From positions 18,013,088 to 18,077,087 of the forward strand of contig NC_057731.1 in assembly GCF_004010195.1 (NCBI RefSeq): a DNA stretch of 64,000 nt, given 5' to 3'. Made by a program: the position numbers and the translations under genes. This document shows positions 39,130-53,129 of the stretch, in pieces. Every line of letters begins with the position of its first letter. The stretch's first letter is position 1. The notes beneath the pieces were generated by a model. It was not told where the DNA came from. It did no database searches and was given only the letters and a program-made list of their open reading frames with translations. The stretch comes from Chiloscyllium plagiosum (lineage: Eukaryota).

Positions 39130-40320
39130 CAGGTGAGGTGCTGGAAGACTGGAGGTTGGCAAATATGGTGCCATTGTTTAAGAAGGGTGGTAAAGACAAG
39201 CCAGTGAACTATAGACCGGTGAGCCTGATCTCGGTGGTGGGCAAGTTGTTGGAGGGAATCCTGAGGGTCAGAATGTACATGTATTTGGAAAGGCAAGGAC
39301 TGATTCGGGANNNNNNNNNNNNNNNNNNNNNNNNNNNNNNNNNNNNNNNNNNNNNNNNNNNNNNNNNNNNNNNNNNNNNNNNNNNNNNNNNNNNNNNNNN
39401 NNNNNNNNNNNNNNNNNNNNNNNNNNNNNNNNNNNNNNNNNNNNNNNNNNNNNNNNNNNNNNNNNNNNNNNNNNNNNNNNNNNNNNNNNNNNNNNNNNNN
39501 NNNNNNNNNNNNNNNNNNNNNNNNNNNNNNNNNNNNNNNNNNNNNNNNNNNNNNNNNNNNNNNNNNNNNNNNNNNNNNNNNNNNNNNNNNNNNNNNNNNN
39601 NNNNNNNNNNNNNNNNNNNNNNNNNNNNNNNNNNNNNNNNNNNNNNNNNNNNNNNNNNNNNNNNNNNNNNNNNNNNNNNNNNNNNNNNNNNNNNNNNNNN
39701 NNNNNNNNNNNNNNNNNNNNNNNNNNNNNNNNNNNNNNNNNNNNNNNNNNNNNNNNNNNNNNNNNNNNNNNNNNNNNNNNNNNNNNNNNNNNNNNNNNNN
39801 NNNNNNNNNNNNNNNNNNNNNNNNNNNNNNNNNNNNNNNNNNNNNNNNNNNNNNNNNNNNNNNNNNNNNNNNNNNNNNNNNNNNNNNNNNNNNNNNNNNN
39901 NNNNNNNNNNNNNNNNNNNNNNNNNNNNNNNNNNNNNNNNNNNNNNNNNNNNNNNNNNNNNNNNNNNNNNNNNNNNNNNNNNNNNNNNNNNNNNNNNNNN
40001 NNNNNNNNNNNNNNNNNNNNNNNNNNNNNNNNNNNNNNNNNNNNNNNNNNNNNNNNNNNNNNNNNNNNNNNNNNNNNNNNNNNNNNNNNNNNNNNNNNNN
40101 NNNNNNNNNNNNNNNNNNNNNNNNNNNNNNNNNNNNNNNNNNNNNNNNNNCTGGTACAATGCAACATTTAAGAGGCATTTGGATGGGTATATGAATAGGA
40201 AGGGTTTGGAGGGATATGTGCCGGATGCTGGCAGGTGGGTTGGGATATCTGGTCGGCATGGACGGGTTGGACCGAAAGGTCTGTTTCCATGCTGTACATC
40301 TCCATGACTCTATGACTCTA
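39130..40320 (+). mobile_element. young CR1 LINE spanning the assembly gap
   Basis: EDWRLANMVPLFKKGGKDKPVNYRPVSL before the gap; FKRHLDGYMNRKGLEGY and an ATGACTCT-repeat tail after it. Confidence 0.88.
39311..40150. other. assembly gap (840 N)
   Basis: Run of n. Confidence 1.
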
Positions 40321-41689
40321 ATTGGGAGAACATAATCAGCAATGGGGATTTTTTTATTTTTTTAAAAAAACACTGATGTCAGAAACATTCCTCTAAGTGC
40401 CAAGAAGATTTTAAAACTTTGCCATGTCCACAGGCCATGAGCATCAATAGAAATCAAAGGCATCAGACCAGCAATGACAATTTTATCTTAAATGTATTTC
40501 AAGGTGAGCAAAATATGCACTGCTGGAATAACAATAAAGTAACTCCGATATAGATATTTTAAAATCCAGTTTGCTTATAAATGATAAAAATTAAGATGAC
40601 TTCTGATTAATAATTGCCTATATAAAAGACAGAGACTGGGAATGACTCTAAAATATTGCTGAATAAGTAAAATTGATAGTCCTCTGCGATATTCAAACTG
40701 ACAAAAGCCTTGATTAAAATATCACACAGTTGGATATTGCACAAATTAGTTAAGAAATTGCCTCTTAACTCATAGCCTTAAATGCAATAATTTTATATTT
40801 ATGTTCAAAATGTACCAAGTACTTTTTGTTTTAACATTTACCCAGCAAAGCCCATGTTACACTTTTGCACAGTCAATGTCTAAAATGTGTTTGTTGGTTT
40901 CCTATAGTTGAATTACAGGGGAGTACTGGAAGGATTACAGGCTGAATATTAACTTGTTCAACCTGTGTCATGATTGCTCCTTCTATGGCCTACATATTCT
41001 AATGTGGAACTTGAATTCAATTTCTGGTTTCGAGGCAAATTTATTACCTGCTGAGTCACAGGACCTCCATGTAAAAATGTTAATAGTGAGTCATCAGCTT
41101 GTTTCATATTGTCTTCAAATTTTATTTTCATGGGACTTCAAGACCATTCAGTCTTTAAAGAAATGGAACACAATGTGATTCATATATGTGCTGTTAGGCA
41201 GCTTGGTGGTAAAATGGGTATCACCAATGAGACCTTGTGTTTTGGAAAATCCAGCCACATGGTAGAAGTTCCACAACCTCTTTTGTTGAAGTATTCAGGA
41301 ACTGTTTGATACTTCAAAGAATAAACGATTGACTTATCTGGAAAATATTACCAGCATTGGTTTAAAATGAAACACAAAAGAGACACGAATGTTTAATATG
41401 TTGATGGTTTCCATTGTAATGGGCAAAACTATTTTCTGGATCTCATTATCTCGGACATTGATCAAACTCTAGTAAGTAGATTATAGGGTTGTATTCTGCT
41501 TTGTTGGTGACTAATAGAGTGTATCATTAAACTGCAAGGCATAATTTCTTTTCTTAAATCTAGTTTTGCTTGCTTGCAAATTAAGATCTTACTTAACTTT
41601 ATTGTTTTTAAGTTTTACGTTTTTTTCAGGATTGGGTGGGGTTAATCAAGCTCTGTGCTGTAGAGATGGTGAGACCAGTTAAAAATAAG

Positions 41690-44540
41690 GAAATATCACA
41701 TCTGGTTCTGCAATTGCCTAGCATCAACTTCGGAAGCTGAAACAACAATGGCAAAGACAGCTCTGTCAGACTTTGCAAAATCCTCCACATTTACATCTCT
41801 GGGCTAGTGCCAAAATTGAGAGAGCTGTCTCACTGACTCGTCAAGCATCAGATTGAAATAGTCATACTCACAGAATCATACCTGACAGACAGTGTCCCAG
41901 ACACCACTCTCTCTATCCCTGGATATGTCCTGTCCCACCGGCAGGACAGATCCAGCAGAGGTGGTGGCACAGCCAGATGCAGTTAGGGAGTCCACAACAT
42001 TGATCTGGACCCCATGAAGTCTCATGGCTTCAGGTCAAACATGGGCAAGGAAACCTCCTGCTAGTTTTCACGTAACGTCCTCCCTCAGCTGATGAATCAG
42101 TGCTCCTTATTGTTGAACAACTAGGAGGAAGCATTGAAGGTGCCAGGGTGCAAAATGTATTCCAGTGGGGAATTTCAATGTCCACCACCAAGAGTGGATC
42201 AGCAACTGATCAAGCTGGTCGGGTCCTAAAGGACATAATTGCTAGACTAGGTCTGCAGCAGGTGGTGAGAAAGCAAACAAAAAGAAAAACATGCTTGACC
42301 TCTTCCTTACCAATCTGCCAGCTGCAGATCCATCTGTCCATGAATTGGTAAGAGTGACCACAGCATAGTTCTTGTGGACACAAAGTCCCACCTTCATATT
42401 GAGAATATCTTTCATCATGTTGTGTGACATTATCACTGTGCTAAATGGGACAGACTTTGAACAGTCTGAAGACTGGGCATCCATGAGGTGCTGTGGGCCA
42501 TCAACAGCAGCAGAACTGTACTTTAGCAGAATCTACAACCTTATAGCCCCCCACTACCATCAAGGCAAAGGATTAACCCTGGTTCAATGGAAGGTGCAGG
42601 AGGGCATGCCAGGAGCAGCCCCAAGAATACTTAAAAATTAGGTGTCAACCTGGTGAAGCCACCAAACAGGACTACCTACATGCCAAACAGCATAAGCAGC
42701 CAGTGATAGACAGAACTAAGTGATCCCACAACCAACAGGTCAGATATAAGTTCTGCAGTCCTGCCACATCCAGTCATGAATGGTGGTGAACAATTAAACA
42801 ACTCACTAGAGGAGAAGGCTCCACAAATATCCCCATCCTCAATGATGAAAGGGCCAAGCAGTGCAAAAGGTAAGGCTGAAGCATTCACAGCAATCTTCAG
42901 CCAGAAGTGTTGAGTGCATGATTTATCTCTGCCTCCACCAGTGGTTCCCAACGTTACAGATACCAGTCTTCAGCAATTTAATTCACTCCAAGTGACATCA
43001 AGAAATGGATGTCAACACTGGGTACTGCAAAGACTATGGGTCGTGACAACAATAGTACTGAAGACTTGTGCTCCAGAACTTGTGACACCCCTAGGCAAGC
43101 TGTTCCAGTACAGTTAACACACTTGCATTTACCCGACAATATAGAAAATTGCTCAGGTATATCCTGCACACAAAAAGCAAGCCAAATCCAACCCGGCCAA
43201 TTACCACCCCATTAATCATCTCTCGATTATCAGTAAAGTGATGGAGGGTGTCGTCAACAGGGCTGTCAAACAGCACCTGCTCAACAGTAACCTGCTCAGT
43301 GAAGCCCAGTTTAGGTTCCAACAGGACCACTCAGCTCCTGACCTCATTACAGCCTTGGTTCAAACATGGACAAAAGAGCTGAATTCCAGAGGTGAGGTGA
43401 GAGTGACAGCCCTTGACATCAAGGCTGCATTAGACTGAGTGTGGCATCAAGGAGCCCTAGCAGAACTAGAATCAGTGGTTATTGGGGGCAAACTCTCCGC
43501 TGCTTAGAGTCATATCTGATACATAGGAAGATAGTCTTAGTTGTTGAAGGTCAGTCATCTCAGCTGCAGAACATCACTGCAGGAGTTCCTCAGGATAGTG
43601 TTCTAGGCCCAACCATCTTCAGCTTCTTCATCAATGACCTTCCCTCAATCCTAATGTCAGAAGTGGGTATGTTTGTTGATGATTGCACAATGTTCATCAC
43701 TAATCTCAATTCCTCAGATACTGTATCAGTCCATATTGAAATGCAACAAGATTTGGATCATATCCAGGCTTGGGCTGACACATGACAAATAATATTCATA
43801 CCATGCAAATGTCAGGCAATGATCCCCACCAACAAATGGAAATCTAACCACCGCCCCCTGACATTTGGTGGTGCTACTATCACTGAATCCCTCACTATCA
43901 ACATCCTGGGGGTTACCGGTGACCAGAAACTCAGCTGGACTCACTACATAAACACAGTGGCTACAAGAGCAGATCAGAGACTAGGGACAAAAGGACTGCC
44001 CTCAAAATCTGCCCACTATCTACAAGGCATAAGTCAGGAGTGTGATTGAATACTCCTCAGTTTCCTGGATGGGTCCAGCTCCAGTTCCAGCAACACTACA
44101 GAAGCTTGACACCATCCAGGACAAAGCAGCCTACTTAATTGGTATTATATCCACAAATATCTACTCCCTCCTTCACTGATGCTCAGTAGCAGCAGTGTGT
44201 ACTATTTATAAGGTGCACTGCAAAAATTCACCAAAGATCCTTAGTCAGCACTTTCCAATCCTGCAATAACTTCCATCCAGAATGATGAGAGCAGCAGATA
44301 TGGGGGAACACCACCGCCTGCACATTTCCCTCCAAGTCACTCACCATCCTGACATGGGAATGTATCGTCATTCCTTCACTGTCACTGGGTCAAAATCCTG
44401 GAATTCCCTTCTTAATGGCAGTTCATGTCTACCTACAGCATGTGGACTGCAGTGGTTCAAGAAGGCACCTTCATAAGGGGCAAGTAGGGACAGGCAATAA
44501 ATGCTGACCTGCCTGTGACACCCACATCCCACGAAGGAAT
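41690..44540 (+). mobile_element. near full-length decayed non-LTR retrotransposon (APE + RT, CR1/L2 group)
   Basis: APE start (VILTESYL), RT motifs ALDIKAA, GVPQDSVLGPTIF, MFVDD; 3' tail GGCAATAAATGCTG...CCCACATCCCA. Confidence 0.85.
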
Positions 44541-44569
44541 GATTTTACAAAGTCAATGAAGAGAGTCTG

Positions 44570-47060
44570 GAATTAATTTTGATCAGCAATATGCATCGCT
44601 TGCCATGTGGAATTATGATGTTGTGGTGATAACGAAGACCTAGCTGAAGGAAAGGCAGGACTGTATGTTAAATATTCCTGGTTACAGGGTGTTCAAAAAA
44701 TCTAGGAAAGGCAGAAAGGGAAGTGGGGTGGCAGTATTGATCAACATAGCTTTGCAGGATTAGAGAAAGAGGATGGCTCCGAAGTTTCAGGGACAGAACC
44801 AATTGAGCTAGAGGTAAAGAATAAGGACAGTGCAATCACCTTGCCTTGTGTGAGCTGAAGGCACCAATTAGCAGGAAGAGCAAGTAAAGGAACAAATCTG
44901 CAAAGTAAGTATTGAAAGGTGCCAGCATTGCTGAGTAGTTATAATGGTGCAATTTTATTACCCAAATGTAGTTTGATTTGTAGTACTGTAAAGGGCAGAG
45001 AGGGGCAAACATTCTTAAATTGTGTTCAGAAGAATTTACTTTTGCAGATTGGTGTCCAGTCCAACAAGAAAGGCAATACTGATTAACCTGATCCTTGGGA
45101 GCACGGTGGTCAGGTAGAGCAAGAGTCAAGGAGGCAGTAATTGTTGGGCCAGAGGAATTAGGATGATGGGGCAAGAATAACATGGGCTGCATAGAATGGA
45201 GCAAAGGTTAGTAAGAAAGATTACAGCTGATCAATGGGCTACGTTTAAAGAAACAATGGATCAGATGAAGTTAAGATATATTCCTTCAAGAGGGTAAGGT
45301 AGGAAAAACAACTTGACAGCACGGTGGCTCAATGGTTAGCTCTGCTGCCTCACAGTACCAGAGACCTGGGTTTGATTCCAGCCTTGGGTGACTGTGTGAA
45401 GTTTGCATGTTTTCCCCGGATCTGCATAGGTTTCTGCCTGGTGCACTGGTTTCCTCCCACAGTCCAAACATAGCTGGATTGGCCATGCTAATTTCCCCAT
45501 AGGGTCCAAGGATGTGCAGGCTAGTAGCCATGAGAAATGTGAGGTTATGGATCTATGGTCACTGGCTAGGTCTGGGTGGGGTGCTCTTTAGAGGGTTGGT
45601 GTGGACTTGATGGGCCAATTGGCCTCTTTCCACATTGTAGGGATGCTATGATTGATTCTATAAAATCCAGAGTGTCCTATTGAAACAGAAGGAATAAACT
45701 AAGATAAAGGAGAGAATGTATGTTTATTAGAGGTGTCAGGTAGAAAATACAACTGAGAACTGAGCCAAATATAAAATGTTCAGAAAGGAAGTAAAAAAAT
45801 AAATAAAACAAGCAATGAGGGATTATAAACAAAAGACTGACAGCAAAGATAAAGGGGAATCCCAAAGCCTTTGTTACCATGTCAACAGTAAAAATGTGGC
45901 AAGAGAAGGAGTAGGGCTGATGAGGGATCTAAAAGGGGATTTCTGTATTGAGGTAAGGGGCATGGCTGAGGTCTTAAACAAATATCCTGCAGGTGTCTTT
46001 ACCAAGGAGCATTCCTTACCTGGGCTATAGTGACAAAGGAGGAAACTCAGTCACTTGGTAGGGTTTGATATTTATAAGAGGTGGTATTACGTTGTTGGTA
46101 TTTCGAGATGACAAGACCCCTGAACCAGACGAAGTACCTCCACATATGTTAAAGGAAGTGAGGGTTGAAATTGCAGAGACATTATTCTTAATCTTTCAGT
46201 CTTTTCTGGACATGTGGGTGGTACCAGAGTACTGGAAAATTAAAAACATTGCAGCCTTATTCAAAAGGATTGTAGGGAAAAACCCAGCAATTACCTACTA
46301 GTCAGTTTAAACTCAGCTTCGAGGAACAATAATCCAGGTTAGAATTAATAGTCACGTGGACAAATATTAATTAGAGAGAGCCAACATAGCTTTTTTCAGG
46401 GAAAGTCTTGTCTAACAAATATGCTGGATTTCTTTGAAAACATAACAGAGAGAGTTGATGATGGTAATGCAGTTGATGTGATGTACATAGGCTTCGAAAA
46501 GGTAATTGGCAGTGCTCCACAACAGACTTGTGATAAAGCTTACAGCTCATGGAATAAAAGGAACAGTTACAACTTGGATGCAAATTTGCTGAGTGATAGG
46601 AAGCAACAATCATTAATTACTATTTTTCTGGCTGAAGGTAGGTTTGTACTGGACATTCCTGGGAAATGTTGAGACCTTTTGTTTTCCCTGATTCATAGAA
46701 ATGATCTACATCTTGGTATGCAAGAGGCAATTTCCAGGTTGTGGATGATACAAAATTTGGAAGCATTGTAAACTGTGAGGAGGGCTTCCAAAATATATTG
46801 ATAAATTGGTGGGCGCATGGATAATCAACAGGTGGAATTCAATGTGTAGAAATGTGAAGCAATATATTTTTGTAGGAAAAACATGGGAGAGACAGTATAA
46901 AATGAAAGGTATTCCTGTAAAGATTGTGCAGGGGCCGAGCAGTCATAATGCACGAAAGGTAGGAGAACAGATGGGGAGCTCAATACAAAAGAGATTTACA
47001 AGAAAGGTTCCAGGGATGAGAAAGTTCCTTAGAAAGATAAATTGGAGCAGTTGGTACTAT
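44570..47060 (+). mobile_element. degenerate CR1 LINE with a SINE inserted at about 45315-45660
   Basis: Decayed APE and RT peptides (MLDFFENITERVDDGNAVDVMY, VDDTK); SINE A/B boxes near 45320-45380. Confidence 0.8.
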
Positions 47061-48574
47061 TTTCCTTCGAGAGAAGGATCTTTAAGTCCTTTTTCATTAC
47101 ACAATACTGGATCTAAAAGAGCATGCCCTCTATTGGCCCCTTAATGTACTGCTCTAGAAAACCATCTCAAATACATCCCAGAAAATCATCTTCCACAGTT
47201 TAGTACTCAGTTGTTTTACCCAGTCTATATGCAGATTGAAGGCATCCATGATAAGTCTGCTGCTGAAGCTACAAGGTTCTGTCATCTCCTCATTAATATT
47301 AGGCCACACTACCATTGCTATTTGGTTCTTTAGATCCACCCAAACAGATTCCTGCATTGTTCTTCTGTTCTGAGATTCTTTTCTATGAATGAAATGATCC
47401 TATCCCTTATTATCAGCACAACTCAGCCTCCTTTCCCTTCTTGTCTGTCCTTCTTAGACATCAAATATCCTTGAACATCCCAGTGCTGATCAACATGCAG
47501 CCATGTTTTTGTAATGGCAATTGGATCGTACCAATGCATCTCTAATTGTACCTTTAGAATTAGGGATCATGAGGAACTACTCATGCTGGGTGCATAGTCA
47601 TGAACTTCAGTTAGTGGCAACTTGAATGTTGTGCTGGAAGTGGAAAGATAAAGAAGCAATGATTATGGAAAACAATGACAGTCAAAAATATTATCAATGA
47701 TACACAAAAATTAGTTTGACATAAATAACAGGAAGAACCTAAAAATCCAAACCAAGCCTCAGCAAGTATTGTTCTGTAAACAACAATATGGAGGTGTCCC
47801 ACTGACCTTTCTAAATTGACACACAGAAAATGAGGAACTGCAAAAGATTATTGGAAGATACATTTTTGGTGGGTTATTCTGCATAATTTTATAATTTTGA
47901 AAACTGTAATGATGCTAATACACATTGAAGCAAAACTGCAAATCAACAAATTATTGTTTATGGAGCTGGGAATGTAATGTCAAATCCACTTGAGCCAATA
48001 TGCTCAAATGTGCTGGGTCTGCAGGCAGGGTGCACCATGTGTATGCACATATATCAGGGGGGAGAAGCTCTCAAAATCCAAATGAAAATAAATTTTAGTT
48101 TTTCTTTCACTAAATCTCAATATTTTCTCATTTTCAGATCACTAAGAATAGATTCACACAAAAAAACCATGTAATCTAATGCAAATTAATGCCAGAATTT
48201 AAGGTGTTTGTGTCTTGTATACTGTAGGTGTGAAATAGTGAAATCCTTTGAAAATTCAGGGCTATGAAACTGCTTTATTTTAAAGTTAAATTCCCAACGT
48301 ACTGTTACAGCCACCTCTAGGATGTCAATGAAGTTTCAGCAGCAGGAGGTACATGCAGCTGTAGATCTTTCTGTAATTATGCAGAGTTTAACTTGGCTGG
48401 ATGGACGTGAGAGAATCTGCTGTTTTCAGATGAACATGTCTGCATAACTTAGGCAATCAATATTAACTCTTTACATAACCACAATCACTCATGAAGAACT
48501 GTGGAAAGAAGTCTTTCATTTTAAATCTACTTTTAAAGAACCTAAGCACAAATCTGCACATATAAAATTAGTAT

Positions 48575-50200
48575 AAGACCAAAAGATGTAGGATCAGAAT
48601 TAAGTGATTCGGCCCATTGAGTCTCCTCTATCATTCAATCATGGCTCTTGTATGCCTCAAACCCATTCTCCTGCCCTCTCTCTTTAAACCTTGATGGTCC
48701 TTACTAATCAAGAACTTGTCCATCTCTGTTTTAAATACATTTGATGACTTGGCCTCTATAGCCTTCTCTAGCAATGAGTTCTACAACTTCACCACTCTCT
48801 GTCTGAAGAAATTCCTCTTCATCTCAGTTCTAAAGAGTTTTCCCTTCACTCAGAGGCTGTTGTCTTGGGTCCTAGTCTTTCCTACTGGTGGAAATGTCTT
48901 CCCCATGTACATTTTATCCAGGCCTCTCAGTTTCAACCAGATTCTCCCTTAACCTTCTAAACTCCATTGGATACAGAAACAGAGTCCTCAACTGCTCTTC
49001 ATACGACAAGCTCTTCATCCTGGGGATCATTCTTGTAAACCTCCTCTGGACTCCCTCCAAGGCCAGCACATATTTCCTGAGATACGAGGTTCAAAACTAC
49101 TTACAATATTTCAAATACAATCTTTCAGAGCCTTATATAGCCTCAGCAGTACATCTTTGCTCTTGTATTCTACCCCTCTTGAAATGAATGCTAACATTGC
49201 ATTTGCCTTCCTAATTGACAACTGAACCTGCATGTTAGCCTTAGGAGTCCTTGATCAAGATTCTCTTAAGTGCCTTTGTGCTTCAGATTTTCAAAGCCTT
49301 TCCCCATTTAGAAAATAGTCTGTGCTTCTACTCTTCCCACCAAAGTGCATAGCCTCACATTATCCCACACTGTATTGTACTTCTTTCCTCCCTCTCCTAG
49401 CCTGTCCAAGTCCTTCCGCAGCCTTCCCGTTTCCTTAACACTTCCTGTCCCTCCTCCTATCTTTGTATCATCTACAAACTTAGCAAAAATGCCCTTAGTT
49501 CTTTCATCTAGGTCATTAATGTATAACGTGAATGGTTTTGGTCCCAACACTGACACCTGCAGAACTCCATTAGTCTCCAACTGCCATTTTGAAAAAGAGC
49601 ACTTTTATCCCCATTCCCTGCTCCCTCCAGTTTATCCATCCAGTACCTTGTCCTTAAACCCATGGGTTCTAATCTTATTTAACAGCCTCCTGTGTGGCAC
49701 CTTGCCAAAGGCCTTTGGGAAATCCAAATAGATTACATTCACTGCCTCTCTTTTGGATAATTTATCTGTTATCTTTTCAATAAGATTCTAGCAGATTTGT
49801 TAGGCATGACAAAGCCATGCTGACTCAGCCCTATTTCACCATGCACTTCCAAGTATCAGCTATCTCACTCTTAATTATGGATTCTACAATCTTACAATCA
49901 CCAAGGCCAGGCTAACTAGCCTATAATTTCCTGTCTTCTGCTTCCCTCCCTTCTTAAACAAGGGTACTGCATTCACTATTTTCCAGTCCTCTGGAGCCCT
50001 CTCTGACTCTAGTGATTACTGAAAGATCATCACCAGTGCCTCTACAACCTTCTTAGCTACCTCCTTCAGAGCTGTGGGGTGCAGTCCATCCAGTCTGGGT
50101 GATTTGTCCACCTTCAGACCTTTCAGTTTTCCTAGCATCTTCTACTTAGTGGCAGTCATCACACTCAGCTCTGCCCTCTGATACTTTTGAGTCTGAGATG
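48575..50200 (-). mobile_element. CR1 LINE fragment
   Basis: Minus ORF NGVLQVSVLGPKPFTLYINDLDE...KFVDDTKIGG. Confidence 0.88.
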
Positions 50201-50976
50201 TACTTCTGTCAGACTTTATATGCTTCATGTTCCACTGTACTGAGAATGCATCAGCAGAATTAAATAGGCAACATTCAATAAAGGCTTACCAAGTGATAAA
50301 CCATGAAGACATTGTACAGAATTTTACCAGTCCCTGTTGGCAGGGATGGGATGCCAAAATCCCCTTGATGAATTTCCCATTACCCTCACACTAGCCCCAA
50401 TCTGTTTGTAATGTCATTTGCCCTCACCCCAATTGAGGCCTGTAATTGGGCAATTAATGACCACTTAAGGGCCACACCTTACCTGATTAGTTAGTTTGGG
50501 AGGAGTTCAGGAGGAGGGTAGATGGCCAAAGGGTTGCCTTGTCAAGACTTGTGCTGTCAGGGTGGGGCCCATCTCCTTCAGTGGGTTTCTTTCCCAAAAG
50601 GTCAGTCTCTCACATCCCCTCCCAGCCTACTGACCTTTCCATGAAGACCCATCTCACTGTGCCTCACCTCTCTAACCAGTTAAGAATCCTTGAATTATTA
50701 CATGTCTTTATTAAAGTGGGGAGATATTACTGACTCAGGTGGAGGGACACAAAAGTCCTGTCTTCTAAAAAATCTTCACCCAGATTTTCCACATCAAATG
50801 CACAGTTGATGTTAACATTAGATTTCTACCTCTTGTGGTTAATCAGTTATGAACTTTTTGACTGAAGCAAATATTTGTCAAGTAATTCCTTGGAACTGCT
50901 CCCACTCCACTGGTGTCACATGTAGTCAGGAATTCTAATGTATCAATGGCAAGGCAACATGTGCAAAGCAAAAGCA

Positions 50977-51179
50977 GGATTGGAGTGGTGCTGGAAAAAC
51001 ACAGCAGGTCAGGCAGCATCCGAGGAGCAGGAACATCGACGTTTTGGGCAAAAGGATGAAGGGCTTTTGCCCAAAATACTGATTTTCCTGCTCCTCAGAT
51101 GCTGCCTGACCTGCTGTGCTTTTCCAACACCACTGTAATCTTGACTCTAATCTCCAGCATCTGCAGTACCCACTTTTGC
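50977..51179. mobile_element. fold-back PLE insertion (family A subfamily), folded inside the hammerhead
   Basis: Inverted arms joined at GGGCAAAAG|GATGAAGGGC; TSD AGCAAAAGCA at 50967-50976 and 51183-51192 (extends to 13 bp with one mismatch). Confidence 0.85.
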
Positions 51180-53129
51180 CACAGCAAAAGCAAGTCTCAG
51201 GAACTGCTTAGCCACCATTCTTGCATAATAAAAAGATGCTATAAGGAGTGTCGTTGCATTAATATATATTCAGGGACACTGCCTGATTGGGGATGCTCCT
51301 TTTAAGACATTAAAGTTAAGTCCTCTCTTCTTTCCCTTTTGATCATGAATATCCCTTGGTACTGGATCCCAACATTGGATTTCTCCCTGACTCACTGCCA
51401 ATATCCATTCCACAACCAACATTTCTCAAACATACTATTTTGCCATGATCACGTTTTTTTGTTTTGGGAGCTTACTGTGCACACTTCAGCTGACTTCTCT
51501 CCTACATTTCAGGACTGTGTTTCATATGTTCTTCATCAACTGTAAAGTGCTTTGAGGTGCTCTGAAGCCATGAATAGTATATTATAAACGCTAATTCTTC
51601 ATTCTAACATTCAACTAACAGAGCAAAAGATATCAAGGGAAATGCAATTATACTTCCCTTATTTTCTTTTCTTTATTATGATTCTATGCAAGTGATGCAG
51701 TCTGGCCAAATGATGCAATTGATGCAGTCTGGCCAAACATTGCTCAATCCATTGACTTCTTGAAGGTAAATATCTATGCTCCATCTACTAGAAGAGGCCA
51801 AGTCAAACTATTAATTCTGTATAACATTGTAACTACAGCAGTTCTACAAAAGTTGATAAAATTTAAACAAAATTAATACCAGTGTAAAATAACTTCCTTT
51901 GCTTTTTGGCATCTGTCTAAATGGTCTATACAATGGCAGCATATGCACATGTGAATGCTCATCAATGCACGATGCTTTTATTCTGGCATTTGTATTCCAA
52001 GGATCAAATATGGATTTAATCATGGTTTGCTGAACCAGGGTTACTGGAGCATTTCTTTGCAAAAATTAAATTGGTTACCTGCCCATTGTAGCCCAAACCA
52101 AATTTTCAAGACTTTTTGATATTTGTCTAAGCACTAGCATTAATTTAATGAGGCATCTGTTCTTGTTCCAGTTGTGTTTTGTTGCACATTGTTTTTATAT
52201 TATCTTATCTATAACATCTGCAGTAGTTTGAAATTATAATTGCAGCAGAGGTTTTAAAAGATGCACCTTCTGCTTGTTCCAGGAATTTAATTCAAAAGAA
52301 ATCATAAAACTAAAACTGCCAAAACTGTTCTTTAAGAATCTGAGCTAGTTGCAACTGAGTTAACAGTGAATAATATTCAACAATATCCTTAATCTATCAC
52401 TAAATGTATTTAAGGTGCTATTTGTTTCCAAGTGACAACAAACTCTGAAATCTCATCTGGTCTGAATGCTTAAAGATTGTTGCAGAATCTCTACTATTCA
52501 GTGGACACATTAAGCCATTAATTTTAAACATGTTTCGGATGTCACGGGCAGAAGTTATGTATTTTCTCATTTCTAGTGATCAATGAGTTTTGCATATGAG
52601 GCCTGAGTGTCGACTCACCTTCAGTGTGTCCCAATTTAAATGATGTCAATAGTAAGTTTATTTTGATTGGTTTGAAATAAAGAAGTTCTTTTAATACCCC
52701 ATACTTGCCCTTGAAGTTTATAAATGTGACATCTAACTCATTTGCCTGACACAATTATTCACACAAAAACTGGATGCAGATAGAGAAAAAAGGACACTGC
52801 AATTACAGAGCATAATTGCCTCTGTTTTTCATTTGTGACAGGCCTGTAGTTCCTTAGATAAGTGTATGTTTTAGCTAGGGTGACATTTTTGTAATGTAAA
52901 GGATTCTCAGTAAGCTGCAAGGCCTCCTCTAGTCAAATTTCAAGTAAATTTAGTTCTCAGTTGAGCTTGAAATTGTAATACGCTGGGAAGAATTTTCTCC
53001 CACTTTCAGGATATTGCTGTTTGTTATCTTGGTTGATTAAGTGACTTGCAGCAGGTTCAATGTATTTGTAATGAACTCTGTTGGATCTCCTATCACTAAA
53101 CAGCTTCTTCCTATATTTTAAAAGTGAAC

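Noticed and set aside
39012-40307. Long ORFs of 299-415 aa in the ORF track
   Set aside because: Artefacts of reading through the N gap.
51693-51737. Short direct repeats (TGATGCAGTCTGGCCAAA twice; also 15588-15640 and 59399-59435)
   Set aside because: Ordinary slippage duplications with no repeat-spacer array structure.
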